The notes under the pieces are model-generated. The model was not told where the DNA came from. It searched no databases and worked only from the letters and a program-made list of their open reading frames with translations. This document shows positions 50,639-63,129 of a stretch of 64,000 bases of DNA, piece by piece. Made by a program: the position numbers and the translations under genes. The stretch comes from Anolis carolinensis (taxonomy: Eukaryota), in the NCBI RefSeq assembly GCF_035594765.1, contig NW_026943825.1, forward strand, positions 15,120,590 through 15,184,589. Reading direction: 5' to 3'. Within the stretch, counting starts at the first letter, position 1. Each line of letters opens with the position of its first letter.

Positions 50639-51524
50639 CCCCCCCCCGCAGATGCCACCTCAAAGCACAGCAGACAAAAAAACCAGTACAAGAAAACCGC
50701 ACTACAAACTAGAGCTGACAGCTGACACAACAAAATATCGCATGGAAAGTTCCTTGACAAAATTGAAGGAAAAGCTGACAAGGAGAAGATCTGGCTCTGG
50801 CTCACGAATGGGACCCTGAAGAAGGAGACAGAAGGCCTGATCCTTGCAGCCCAGGAGCAAGACATCAGGACAAAGGCCATTCAGGCCAAGATCGAAACAT
50901 CAGCTGATGACCCAAAATGCAGACTCTGCAAGGAAAGCGACGAAACCATGGATCATATCCTCAGCTGCTGTAAGAAAATCGCACAGACAGACTACAAACA
51001 GAGGCACAACTTGGAACTTATGCCTCAAGTACCACCTCCCAGCAGCAAAGAACTGGTGGGATCACAAACCTGCAAAAGTATTGGAAAATGAGCACGCAAA
51101 GATACAGTGGGACTTCCGAATCCAGACTGACAAAGTTCTGGAACACAACACACCAGACATCACAGTTGTGGAAAAGAAAAAGGTTTGGATCATTGATGTT
51201 GCCATCCAGGTGACAGTCGCATTGATGAAAAACAACATGAAAAACTCAGCCGCTCTCAGGACCTCAAGACTGAACTTCAAAGACTCTGGCAGAAACCAGT
51301 GCAGGTGGTCCCGGTGGTGATGGGCACACTGGGTGCCGTGCCAAAAGATCTCAGCCGGCATTTGGAAACAATAGACATTGACAAACTGCAAAAGGCCACC
51401 CTGCTGGGATCTACAGCATCATCCGAAAACACATCACACAGTCCTAGACACTTGGGAAGTGTTCGACTTGTGGTTTTGTTATATGAAATCCAGCATGTCT
51501 ATCTTGTTTGCTGTGTCATCATAA

Positions 51525-51576
<52 letters not shown>

Positions 51577-51765
51577 GAGATCTCAGCCGGCATTTGGAAA
51601 CAATAGACATTGACAAAATTACGATCTGCCAACTGCAAAAGGCCACCTTACTGGGATCTGCACGCATCATCCGAAAATACATCACACAGTCCTAGACACT
51701 TGGGAAGTGTTGGACTTGTGATTTTGTGAAACGAAATCCAGCATATCTATCTTGTTTTCTGTGTC

Positions 51766-51832
<67 letters not shown>

Positions 51833-51960
51833 ATCACACAGTCCTAGACACCTGGGAAGTGTTGGACTTGTGATTTTGTGAAACGAAATCCAGCATATCT
51901 ATCTTGTTTGCTGTGTCATACAACGTCGTTGTGTCAATAATAATAATAATAATAATAAAA
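50300..51960 (+). mobile_element. R4/Dong retrotransposon cluster in (TAA)n with an internal duplication of about 290 bp
   Basis: Same CCHC and RLE-coding sequence as 33045-33680; several short 3'-end copies separated by TAA tracts. Confidence 0.85.
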
Positions 51961-52493
51961 ACTTCATTTGGATCCCACCCTATCTCCCCATGGGGACTCA
52001 GGCCGGCTTCCAACATAGTAACAGGCAAACATTCAATGCTTATATAAACAATGCAGAGCTAGATATAGATCTATAATTATAGATACTAATTTCACATATG
52101 CTTTCCCCTGAAACATTTGTAAATCTCCTCTGTGTGTGTGTGTGTGCATTTCCCCTACAATATTTGCAAGCCATATATATATCTATCTATCTAGACATGT
52201 CTATATATATTTGTGTGTTCATTTCCCCCCTGTAATATTTGGAAGCCCTATATATAGGTAGGTAAGAATATATTCATATCTATCCAGACATCTCTCTTTA
52301 TATAGATATTTGCAGAGACTTGCAAACATATAAGGGGAAATTCGTATACAAAAATAATGTATATGTATGGCTACAGATACACAGGTACATGGATCTATAT
52401 CTATAAAGGATTTGCAAAGACCTGCAAACATATAAGGGGAAGGGTTGTTGTATGTCTTTCGGGCTGTGTGGCCATGTTCCAGAAGTATTCTCT

Positions 52494-52534
52494 CCTGACG
52501 TTTCGCCTACATCTATGGCAGGCATCCTCAGAGG
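52494..52534 (-). ncRNA. Minimal hammerhead ribozyme motif in a Penelope fragment
   Basis: Minus strand CCU-CUGAGGAU-GCCUGC-cauagau-GUAGGC-GAAAC-GUC-AGG: conserved core, 6-bp stem II, 3-bp stem I, palindromic minimal stem III. Confidence 0.6.
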
Positions 52535-53425
52535 TTGTGAGGTAACAGGGTCTTCGAAAACTGCTAAAAAGTCTGAACTAAATCCCAGAACTAAGTCCAT
52601 CGCCCACAATAGCAACTACGACATACAACTCAACAAAAAAGCCACCTTCGCAAAATCTGTCATGGATGAACTCTTGGCCACCCTGGGTTGTTTGTTTGTT
52701 TGTTTTCCTAATGACAGCCCGGACCATTATCTAGGTGAGGCTTAAGCTCTTGCCATCTTTCGAAATCACATTCCACATGCCTTGGGAAACCAAACCAAAG
52801 CAGAAGGAGGCATCTCCTTCCCCATTCGGCTCTTTTGCAAAAGACAAGCCAGAACTTGCATTTCGGGCACATCTTTACTCCTGGGACTGGATTATCCACA
52901 CTTATTGTGGTTGGTGTTACGATTTTCTGAGTGTCAGGGAAAACTACCCAAAAAGAGCAGAGCATCCAAAAATATGCAAAAACAGGATACTTATAGTTGA
53001 GCATCCAGCTCAGAGCAAGCAGAAAGATAGAACTCTGGATCTTTGATTCCTAAGCTCTAAATTCTTTACAGCCACATGACACTCCACGCTCTGCTTGCTG
53101 TGAGCTGAATGCTCAAACTATAAGTATCTACAGCCTCATGGCACTCCATGCTCTCACAACTGGGACCCACATACTAAAACTTCATTTTTGTTGGCTGGCC
53201 AGAATCCTACAATAGCACACAAAACAGCCCTTTTCCTATTCAAAGCAACACAGCTGAGAATTGCATATTTGGAATCAATTGGGATAAACTGTGGAGGTGA
53301 TGCAGATATTTGACATGAGCGGGATCTTGTTAACAGCTTGTTTATTTTAACTGCTTTTGTACCGCGGGTTGTATGTTGTATGTATGTCTATGTGTTTAAT
53401 GTTTTGATATGGCCGATGGGCTAAT

Positions 53426-53625
53426 NNNNNNNNNNNNNNNNNNNNNNNNNNNNNNNNNNNNNNNNNNNNNNNNNNNNNNNNNNNNNNNNNNNNNNNNNNN
53501 NNNNNNNNNNNNNNNNNNNNNNNNNNNNNNNNNNNNNNNNNNNNNNNNNNNNNNNNNNNNNNNNNNNNNNNNNNNNNNNNNNNNNNNNNNNNNNNNNNNN
53601 NNNNNNNNNNNNNNNNNNNNNNNNN
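53426..53625. other. Assembly gap
   Basis: Run of N. Confidence 1.
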
Positions 53626-53960
53626 TGCCATCCCAGGTGACAGTCGCATTGACAGAAAACAACAGGAAAAACTCAGCCGCTATCAGGACCTCAAGATTGA
53701 ATTTCAAAGACTCTGGCAGAAACCAGTGCAGGTGGTCCCGGTGGTGATGGGCACACTGGGTGCCGTGCCAAAAGATCTCAGCCGGCATTTGGAAACAATA
53801 GACATTGACAAAATTACGATCTGCCAACTGCAAAAGGCCACCCGACTGGGATCTGCACGCATCATCCGAAAATACATCACAGAGTCCTAGACACTTGGGA
53901 AGTGTTCGACTTGTGATTTTGTGATACGAAATCCAGCATATCTATCTTGTTTGCTGTGTC

Positions 53961-54018
<58 letters not shown>

Positions 54019-54103
54019 ATCACACAGTCCTAGACACTTGGGAAGTGTTCGACTTGTGATTTTGTGTTACGAAATCCAGAATATCTATCTTGTTTGCTGT
54101 GTC

Positions 54104-54158
<55 letters not shown>

Positions 54159-54347
54159 ATCACACAGTCCTAGACACTTGGGAAGTGTTCGACTTGTGAT
54201 TTTGTGATACGAAATCCAGCATATCTATCTTGTTTGCTGTGTCATAAAAAAATAAAATAATAATAACACAGTCCTAGATACTTGGGAAGTGTTCGACTTG
54301 TGATTTTGTGATATGAAATCCAGCATGTCTGTCTTGTTTGCTGTGTC

Positions 54348-54415
<68 letters not shown>

Positions 54416-54502
54416 CACACAGTCCTAGACACTTGGGAAGTGTTCAACTTGTGATTTTGTGATACGAAATCCATCATGTCTGTCTTGTTTGCTGTGTCAT
54501 AC

Positions 54503-54558
<56 letters not shown>

Positions 54559-54757
54559 ATCACACAGTCCTAGACACTTAGGAAGTGTTTGACTTGAGAT
54601 TTTGTTATATGAAATCCAGCATGTCTATCTTGTTTGCTGTGTCATAATAAAATAAAATAATAATAATAACACAGTCCTAGACACTTGGGAAGTGTTCGAC
54701 TTGTGATTTTGTGATACGAAATCCAGTATGTTTATCTTGTTTGCTGTGTCATAATAA

Positions 54758-54815
<58 letters not shown>
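53626..54815 (+). mobile_element. R4/Dong 3' fragment followed by six more about 85-bp 3'-end copies separated by (TAA)n
   Basis: Unit cacagtcctagacacttgggaagtgttcgacttgtgattttgtgatacgaaatccagcatatctatcttgtttgctgtgtca plus variable TAA tracts. Confidence 0.85.
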
Positions 54816-54817
<2 letters not shown>

Positions 54818-55231
54818 GAGGGTTGGAAGAGACCCCTTGGGCCATTTAGCCCAACCCCCTTCAGCCTTTGTGCCGTGGGGGCCGGATAAATGGCTTCAAT
54901 GGGCTGCATGTGGCCCGCGGGCTGTAGTTTGATGTCATTCTAGAATCTTGATGTCTCCTTTAGGCCAAGACGGACCTTTCAATACTACCACAAACATAAA
55001 CACGACTAAGAACCTGGATGAAATGTTGCTTTTATTGATGTCTCAATGAAACCATGACTCCAACTTTGACTCTGTGCCCCAATGGCAGGGATCAGGGCGC
55101 CCAGCTTGGCACACGTGCATTTTGTACCCTCTTCATTCTCCTCCTCCTCCTCAATCTTTTTCATCCTCATCTTCTGCTATCTTCTTCTTCTTCTCCACTG
55201 CAGTTGACTCAGCGGCATCTCCGCCTGCCCT

Positions 55232-56959
55232 TCATTGAGCATGAAGGTTGTTATGGGTCGCGACCGTGACCTGGACAACCAACTGCATGAATTCCTGGAA
55301 AGACAGCTCCTTGTCTTGATCTTGGTCCAGCTGCTTGAACATTTCCTCGACAACAAGCGGGTTGACTTGGTTCTGACCGCCAAAAAAGAAAGACATTTAT
55401 GAGACACATCTATACATATGATAAAAGTGAAAATACTCAGGAGGCACCAATGGCCCTCCGTCCAATGACATTGCGGGTTATAGTGAGCACCATGAACATG
55501 TCCAAGAGCTCGGCCAATGACCTCCACAAACACCATCCTGACCACCACCCAAGTGAAGGCAGACAATTTCATCCTAGATTTTCTGTTTTTCCTCCACCAC
55601 AGACATCCCAGTGTTTCTGACTCTCTCCATTAGTGAGGAATTTGCATGATCCCGCCCACTGTCTCTCCCTTAACCCTTTCCTATTCTTTTCTATGGCACG
55701 CAGCAAACAGAGGAATTGATCAGCAACTGAACATGCTAGAGAGCTAGTATCAACATAAAGTCCATCCTACTTGGATAGAATAGGGAGAAAAAAAACCATT
55801 GATTCCTACACTGATCTTCATTCTGCTTATTCAGTTTAGAATAGCTGCTTAGATAATATTAAGATCCACGTAGCTCCTAAATCTTAAAACTCTCATTTAA
55901 TTTGAGAATTTGGCTAACAGCAAGCAGAGCGTGAAGTGCCATGTGGTTGTAGATACTTATATTTGAGCATTCAGCTCACAGCAAGCAGAGCATGAAGTAC
56001 CATGTGGCTGTAGATACTTATAGTTTGAGCATTTGGCTCACAGCAAGCAGAGCGTGAAGTACCATGTGGCTGTAGATACTTATAGTTTGAGCATTCAGCT
56101 CACAGCAAGCAGAACATGAAGTGCCATGTGGCTGTAGATACTTATAGTTTGAGCATTCAGCTCACAGCAAGCAGTGCATGAAGTACCATGTGGCTGTAGA
56201 TACTTATAGTTTGAGCATTCGGCTCACAGCAAGCAGAGCATGAAGTGCCATGTGGCTGTAGATACTTATAGTTTGAGCATTCGGCTCACAGCAAGCAGAG
56301 CATGAAGTGCCATGTGGCTGTAGATACTTATATTTGAGCATTCAGCTCACAACAAGCAGAGCATGAAGTACCATGTGGCTGTAGATACTTATAGTTTGAG
56401 CATTCGGCTCACAGCAAGTAGAGCATGAAGTGCCATGTGGCTGTAAAGAATTTAGAACTTAGGAATCAAAGATCCAGAGTTCCTAGGCCAAAATTTCATT
56501 ACCATTATATATATATAGATGTTACTGGGGGGAGAAGCCCCCAAATGATGGCACAGGAGACAAGATGGAATGGTCTTCACTCTGGCCCCACAGCATCAGT
56601 TCTGAACGCCTGAATATTGCAACTCTATTTAACCATGGAAGCTAGAAACTTCATTTAATCTCGGAATATGCAGTCCATCTAAACTCGGAATATGTAGGCC
56701 CCATTGAACCCTAAATCTGAAAAGAGGGATATTTTCAAGTCATGGACAATGGGGTACAGAGTCCATAGATACACAGAGCTGATGGTGTCCCCCCGCCTGA
56801 CTCCATCCATGCCAGACTCACCTTCAAGAACTCCGCCAGCTCCTTCTGGATCAGGTTTTTGGTCTCGCCTTTGCTCAGCTTGTCCGGATGGGGTTTCTGG
56901 ATCGAATATTGGTGGAAGACATTGATGATGATGTCGATGGCATTTTCCATCTGAGACAT
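55232..56959 (-). CDS. Calgranulin-like S100 protein C (S100A9/A12-like core, no tail), 92 aa; coding exons 56959-56822 and 55372-55232
   Basis: MSQMENAIDIIINVFHQYSIQKPHPDKLSKGETKNLIQKELAEFLK|NQVNPLVVEEMFKQLDQDQDKELSFQEFMQLVVQVTVATHNNLHAQ*. GT-AG phase-0 intron, AATAAA at 55036-55031. Confidence 0.93.
55915..56480. repeat. 61-62-bp tandem repeat, about 9 copies, intron 2 of S100 gene C
   Basis: Unit cagcaagcagagcatgaagtgccatgtggctgtagatacttatagtttgagcattcggctca; inverted copy at about 53030-53155. Confidence 0.9.
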
Positions 56960-57279
56960 TGTTGAGAAAGGTGTCTAGAGGGAAACAACAAGATGGAGAA
57001 GACACGAGATCAGAACAAATCTTGGTCCATGCATGAAACCAAGGCTGATGCTACAATGTCAATTTTAGTGCAGTTTGATCCCACTTCAACAGCTATGGTC
57101 CAAAGCATGGAATTGTGAGAGTTATAGCTTGGTGAGGTCTTAGCCTGATGGTCCAAAGAGACTCAGTTGAAAGAGACCACAATCTAATTCGACCCAACAG
57201 AAACATGAAGTTGGCCAACTATCTACTTGTAGTAGAAAATCCCATAGTTTGGGAGGAGTCACCAAGAAGCCCTCCCTCC

Positions 57280-58615
57280 ATGCCTTCTACAGAGGATCTT
57301 AACACTCAATCAGGCTCATGTTGGAATCGATAGTCTTTCAGATAGTCTGTAAAGGACTTCATGGGACATATCAAGCATTATATGGATCCTTACCCAAGAA
57401 TAATTTGGATGGGACCGAGAAAAAGCCTTCTACAAAGGATCTGAACATTCATATTTATTCCAAAATAAGCCTGATTGAACGTTAAGATCCTTTGTAAAAG
57501 GCTTTCTCTTGGTCCCACCTAAATTATTCTTGGGAACAGATGGTCTTTCAGATAGTCCATAAAGGATTCTATCTAGCATTATATGGATCCTAACCCAGGA
57601 ATAACTTGGGTGATACTAAGAAAAGTCTTCTACAGAAGATCTTAACACTCAGTCAGGCTCATATTGGAGCTGGCAGTCTTTCAGATAGTCTGTAAAGGAC
57701 TTTATGGGACATATCCAGCATTGTATGGATCCTTACCCAAGAATAATTTGGATGGGACTGAGAAAAAGCCTTCTACAAAGGATCTAACATTCATATTTGT
57801 TCCAAAATAAGCCTGATTGAACATTAAGATCCTTTGTAAAAGGCTTTCTCTTGGTCCCACCCAAGTTACTCTTGGGTAAGGATATTGGCATGGACAGTCT
57901 TTGAGATAGTCCATAAAGGACTTTATGGGTCATATCCAGCATTATATGGACCCTAACCCAGGAAAAACATGGGTGATACTAAGAAAAGCCTTCTACAGAA
58001 GATCCTAACACTCAGTCAGGCTCATATTGGAACGGATAGTCTTTCAGATAGTCTGTAAAGGACTTTATGGGACATATCCAACATTATATGGACCCTTACC
58101 TAGGAATAACTTGGGTAGGAGTAAGAAAAAGCCTTCTACAGAGAATCTTAACACTCAGTCAGGTTCATATTGGAATGGATGGTCTTTTGGATAATCTATA
58201 AAGCACTTTATGGGTCATATCCAACATTATATGGACCCTTACCCAAGAATAACTTGGGTGGGACCAAGAGAAAGCCTAAGGATCTTAACATTCATATCCG
58301 TTCCAATATGAGCCTGACTGAACATTAAGATCCTTTGTAGAAGGATTTCTTTTGGTCCCACCCAAGTTACTCTTGGATAAGGATATTGGCATGGACAGTC
58401 TTTGAGATAGTCCATAAAGGACTCTATGGGTCATATCCAACATTATATGGACCCTTACCCAGGAATAACCTGGGTGAGACTAAGAAAAAGCCTTCTACAG
58501 AAGATCGTAACACTCAATCAGGCTTATATTGGAATGAATAGTCTTTCAGATAGTCTATAAAGGACTTTATGGGTCATATCCAACACTAGATGGATTCTTA
58601 CCCAGGAGTAACTTC
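57280..58615. repeat. About 120-bp complex tandem repeat with inverted blocks, intron 1 of S100 gene C
   Basis: Recurrent gtctttcagatagtc...aaggac...atggatccttacccaagaataa...aaagccttctaca, interrupted by reversed segments. Confidence 0.8.
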
Positions 58616-58744
58616 CATCAAACGTATTGGACTTTCTAACATAAGGTTGTGTCTACCACTCAAGTTGGAAATAAGACCCACGGAAGAGTAGGAGACTAAG
58701 GATGCAACGACACTGTAGAACAGGCATCCCCAGACTAAGGCCAC

Positions 58745-59075
58745 CTATGTCTTATGAGATTGTCTAGATGTTCTTTGAAGGTCTCTTTGCTTACCTATGG
58801 TCTTATGAGATTGTCTAGATGTTCTTTGAAGGTCTCTTTGCTTAGCTACGGCCTTATGAGACCATCTAGATGGCTTTTGGAGGTCATTTTCCTTACCTAT
58901 GGTCCTATGAAACTGTCTAGATGGCCTTTGAGGGTCCCTTTCCTTACCTATGGTCTTATTAGATCATCTAGATGGCTTTTGGAGATCACTTTCCTTACCT
59001 ATGGTCCTATGAAACCATCTAGATGGTCTTTGGGGGGCCCTTTCCTTACCTATGGTCTTATGAGACCATCTAGAT
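58745..59075. repeat. About 52-bp tandem repeat, intron 1 of S100 gene C
   Basis: Recurrent cttacctatggtcttatgagaccatctagatgg... Confidence 0.75.
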
Positions 59076-59624
59076 CAGGGGTCCCTAAATGAAAGCCCGT
59101 GGGCCGGATGCGGTCCTCCAAGGTCCTTTACCAGACCCCTGTCCTAAACTTTAGACTTAGGGTTGACCTAAGTCTGAAACGACTTGAAGTCAGACAACAA
59201 CAACAATCTTGGTTTTGGACTATTTCATCCTAGTCTGGCCCCCTAACAGTCTGAGGGATTGTGAATTGGCCCTCTACTTAAAAAGTTTGAGGATCCCTGC
59301 TGTAGAATGAACTCGGGTTGATACCACTTCAATTGCCTTGGCTCAATAGTATGGAATTATAGGAGCTATAGTTTGGTGAGAATCCAACACTCTTTGGCAG
59401 AGAAGACTAGCAAAATTACAGTTCCCAGGATTCTACAGCACTGAGCCATGACAGTTAAGGTAGTGCCAACCCACATTTATTCTACATAGATGCAACCAAA
59501 GTAAGGACTGATGGTAGTTACATACAGCAACATCTGGAAGACTGAACTTTCTTTCCAGTCTTTCTTGAGAGTAAGCATACTCAGATACAAGCACAAGATC
59601 AGAGTCAGCAAAGCTTTGGCTTAC

Positions 59625-59707
59625 CTGGTCTCCAAGCGCTCAGGACCTTCTGCAAAGAGCTGGGGCTGGGATGGAATAGATCCCCTAAGTTTTGGGGAAC
59701 TTTTATA
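59625..59707 (-). promoter_or_regulatory. TATA box and non-coding exon 1 of S100 gene C
   Basis: TATAAAA on - at 59707-59701, donor CAG|gtaagc at 59625/59624, exon 2 acceptor at 56975/56974. Confidence 0.75.
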
Positions 59708-60069
59708 CTTCTCTGAGAAGATCTGATTGATGTTGAAACAATCCCCCTTGGGTTGATAGCCATCAACTGTCAACAAACACCGACTTCTTACCCAACTCCA
59801 ATTTTTCCATCAACACTGTGGACATCAAAGAGGAAAAGAAAATGGCCTTTTGTCCACGCGGCTGGTTTGGTGGGGGAAATATTTTCCAGTGAAGTCTCCT
59901 GCAATCAGCAGATGTTCTTGAGCCAAAGGAAAATTCCAGCAGAGGTAAGTTTCCATCTTCTTTAGATACTTCTTTAGATACATCCTTCCTTCTTTTTTTG
60001 CTCTCAATCAGAGAGGGTTTGGGGGAGACCATTGAGGCCTGGCTTGATGATATGATGGAACTCAACAGT

Positions 60070-61260
60070 GGATTTCCAGGGCTGTTTGGGGGAACCCACA
60101 CATGTTACAGTGCTGTTTATGGAGACCCTCCTAATTTCCAGTGTTATTTTGAAGATCCACCTGACTTCCAGTGTTAGTTATAGAAACCCACTTCATTTCT
60201 CATTTTTTGGAGGTCCACCTAATTTCGAGTATTGTTTTGAAAGATTCCCCTCATTTCCAGTGATATTTATGGAAGTCCACCTAATTTCCAGGGCTGTTTT
60301 TGGAGGTCCATCTAATTTCCAGTGGCATTTGGTAAGACCCCCTAATTTCCAGTGATATTTATGGAAGTCCACCTAATTTCCAGGGCTGTTTTTGGAGGTC
60401 CATCTAATTTCCAGTGGCATTTGGCAAGACCCCCTAATTGCCAGTGATATTTATGGAAGTCCACCTAATTTCCAGGGCTGTTTTTGGAGGTCCATCTAAT
60501 TTCCAGTGGCATTTGGCAAGACCCCCTAATTTCCAGTGATATTTATGGAAGTCCACCTAATTTCCAGGGCTGTTTTTGGAGGTCCATCTAATTTCCAGTG
60601 GCATTTGGCAAGACCCCCTAATTGCCAGTGATATTTATGGAAGTCCACCACATTTCCAGAACTGTTTTTGGAGGTCCACCTAATTTCCAGGGCTGTGTGA
60701 TGAGACTCACTATTCTCCAGTGATATTTCTGGAAGCCCACCAAATTTCCAGGGCTGTTTTTGGAGGTCCACCTAATTTCAACTATTGTTTTGAGAGGTCC
60801 ACCTAATTTTTATGCTGTTTGGTGAGACCTCATAATTTCCAGTGTTATTTATGAAGGTTCAGCTCATTTCTAGGACTGTTTTTGGAAGTCCACCAAATTT
60901 CTAGGGCTGTTTTTGGAGGTCCACCTAATTTCAAGAATTGTTTTGAGAGGTACGCCTGATTTTTTATGCTGTTTGCTGAGACCTCATGATTGCCAGTACT
61001 GTTTGTGGGGGCCCATCTAATTTCTAGTATAGTTTTGAAACATACACCTTTTTTCCAGGGCAATTTTGGGACACCTACCTAATTTCCACTGCTGTTTGTG
61101 GAGGTCCACCTAATTTCAAGATTGTTTGGAGAAGTCCATTTAATTTCAAGCATTGTTTGGAGAGGTCCACCTAACTTCTAGTGCTGTTTTGGTGGAATCC
61201 ACCTGATTTCCTGTGTTGTTTGTGGAGGTCCAACTAATTTCCAATGCTGTTTTAGGAGAC
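60070..61260. repeat. About 30-33-bp degenerate minisatellite (90-bp higher-order unit) upstream of S100 gene C
   Basis: Recurrent ggaggtccacctaatttccag...tgttttt. Confidence 0.85.
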
Positions 61261-61959
61261 CTGTCTTATTTTCATTGTGTTATGAAGCAGCACAATTTGG
61301 TTTGCATTTGAGGCTGCTTGTCAATTAAAAAACAACAACCACTTTCCTCTAAAACAAAGGTGTCCAACTTGTGGCTCTCCAGATATCTGGACCTCCGACT
61401 CCCAGAAGCCCTAGCCAGCTTGTCCAATGGCCAGGAATTCTGGGAGCTGAAGTCCAATATATCTAAAAAGCCACAAGTTTGACCCCAAACAAATGAGTTG
61501 GTTGGACCTCCACTTGGGTTTTGGGTGCGGTTCTTTCCAAAGGAGGTCAACAAGCTTGAATGTGTCCCAAGAAGGACAGCCCAGATGGGTGAAAGGTCTG
61601 GAAACGGAGGCCTGAGAGGTAAAGTTATGGGGCGGTATATCTCCCAGAGATGAGTGAAAGGTGAAAAGATAAGATCTTCAGATATCTGCGGGGTTTTCAC
61701 GTTGGAGATGGCTTGTTTGGGGCTGGGTTTGAATTAGAAGAGAGGTGATTCCAGCCAAAGATCAGATAGAACTTACCACTAATGAAGTTTGACCTTTACT
61801 ACCGTGGCTCAATGTTATGAAATCCTGGGAGTGGTAGTTTGGCAGAGAAGGCTAAAGATCCTGTAAAACCACAGATCCCGGGAATTCCATTGCATGGACT
61901 CATATCAACCAAAGTGGTGTCAAAGTGGTGAGGAAAGCAATATGGCGGGGGGGGGGGGA

Positions 61960-62630
61960 GTATGTAAGGTAATAAAAGAACTATATACTGAAAACAAAGC
62001 TACTATCTCAGTTAACGGGGAACAAATTAGACAAATAAACATTAACAGGGGAACTAAACAGGGATGCCCCCTTTCCCCAGCCCTATTCTCATTGGCCATT
62101 GAACCCTTAGCAAATTCAGAAGGAACAACCCAGCTATTAAAGGTTATAAGGTGGGCAAGGAAGTCACCAAAATTAATCTATACGCTGATGATGTTATGAT
62201 AATTTTAGGGGAGGTGGAGGAGTCACCACAATTAATATTCAGAACAGTTAAGGATTTTGGTAAAACTTCTGGCCTCACAATTAATTTAGGGAAATCAGAG
62301 ATTCTACATAAAAATCTAACATGGGAAGAACTTAAGAAGGTTCAAAACATCATGGGAATACAACTGGGGAATAAGAAGATGAAATACCTGGGAGTAGATA
62401 TACCAAAAATATTAATAATATTATACCAATGAACTACAATCATTTATGGAAAAAATATGAGCAAACAAATCATTTCATGGGGAAAGAAATTTCGAGATAT
62501 CTCCTCAAGGCTAAAAATTTACAAGATGAAGATCTTGCCCAAGTTCTTATTCTTGTTCCAAACCCTCCCGGTGAATATCCCTATCAATTTGTTGAAGAAA
62601 TGGGATAACTCTTTCAAAAATGGGTAGTGG
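61960..62630 (+). mobile_element. L1 reverse transcriptase fragment, frameshifted
   Basis: RGTKQGCPLSPALFSLAIEPLA, KINLYADD and KYLGV motifs. Confidence 0.9.
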
Positions 62631-63129
62631 GAGGAAACAAAAACAGAATTGCTAACATTCCAAAGGATCATTTAAAATGTCATTTAAGCATTAGTTACTT
62701 TTGGTATTATGTATATTGAAATAAGACATGCATCGCTAAAATTTTGTTAATTGTTGGAATGTAATAAAAATTTTAAAAAACCAAAGTGGTGTCAAACCAC
62801 ATCCATTCCATAGTGCAGATGCACTCTAAAGCTGTGCAATGCTTTTTATAGTACTGGACCATCACCATTGAATATTGAGAAGCAAGAATCAGAGGCCAAA
62901 TACAAAATGCATTTAATGGAATTCTTGAAGCGTTGCAAGAAACGAGGAATGCTGAAAGACAGCAATCCAAATGGATTACATTTTGTTGCCTCGCACCTCA
63001 CTCATAAAATCACCTTTCGGGTGAAACTGGAGAAATGCAAACATCACATAATCCTCAGGAGTGATTGTAGTTCAACATGTGAAACCCAAAGGCTGTCGGA
63101 AAAATTAATCCGGGTTCCTCGTCAATAGA

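Noticed and set aside
50303-50880. Near-exact duplication of about 290 bp as a functional element
   Set aside because: It is a Dong fragment plus TAA tract; either a local tandem duplication or an assembly artefact.
53870-54815. Repeat-spacer pattern superficially like a CRISPR array
   Set aside because: Vertebrate DNA, spacers are only (TAA)n, repeats are Dong 3' ends, and there are no cas genes.
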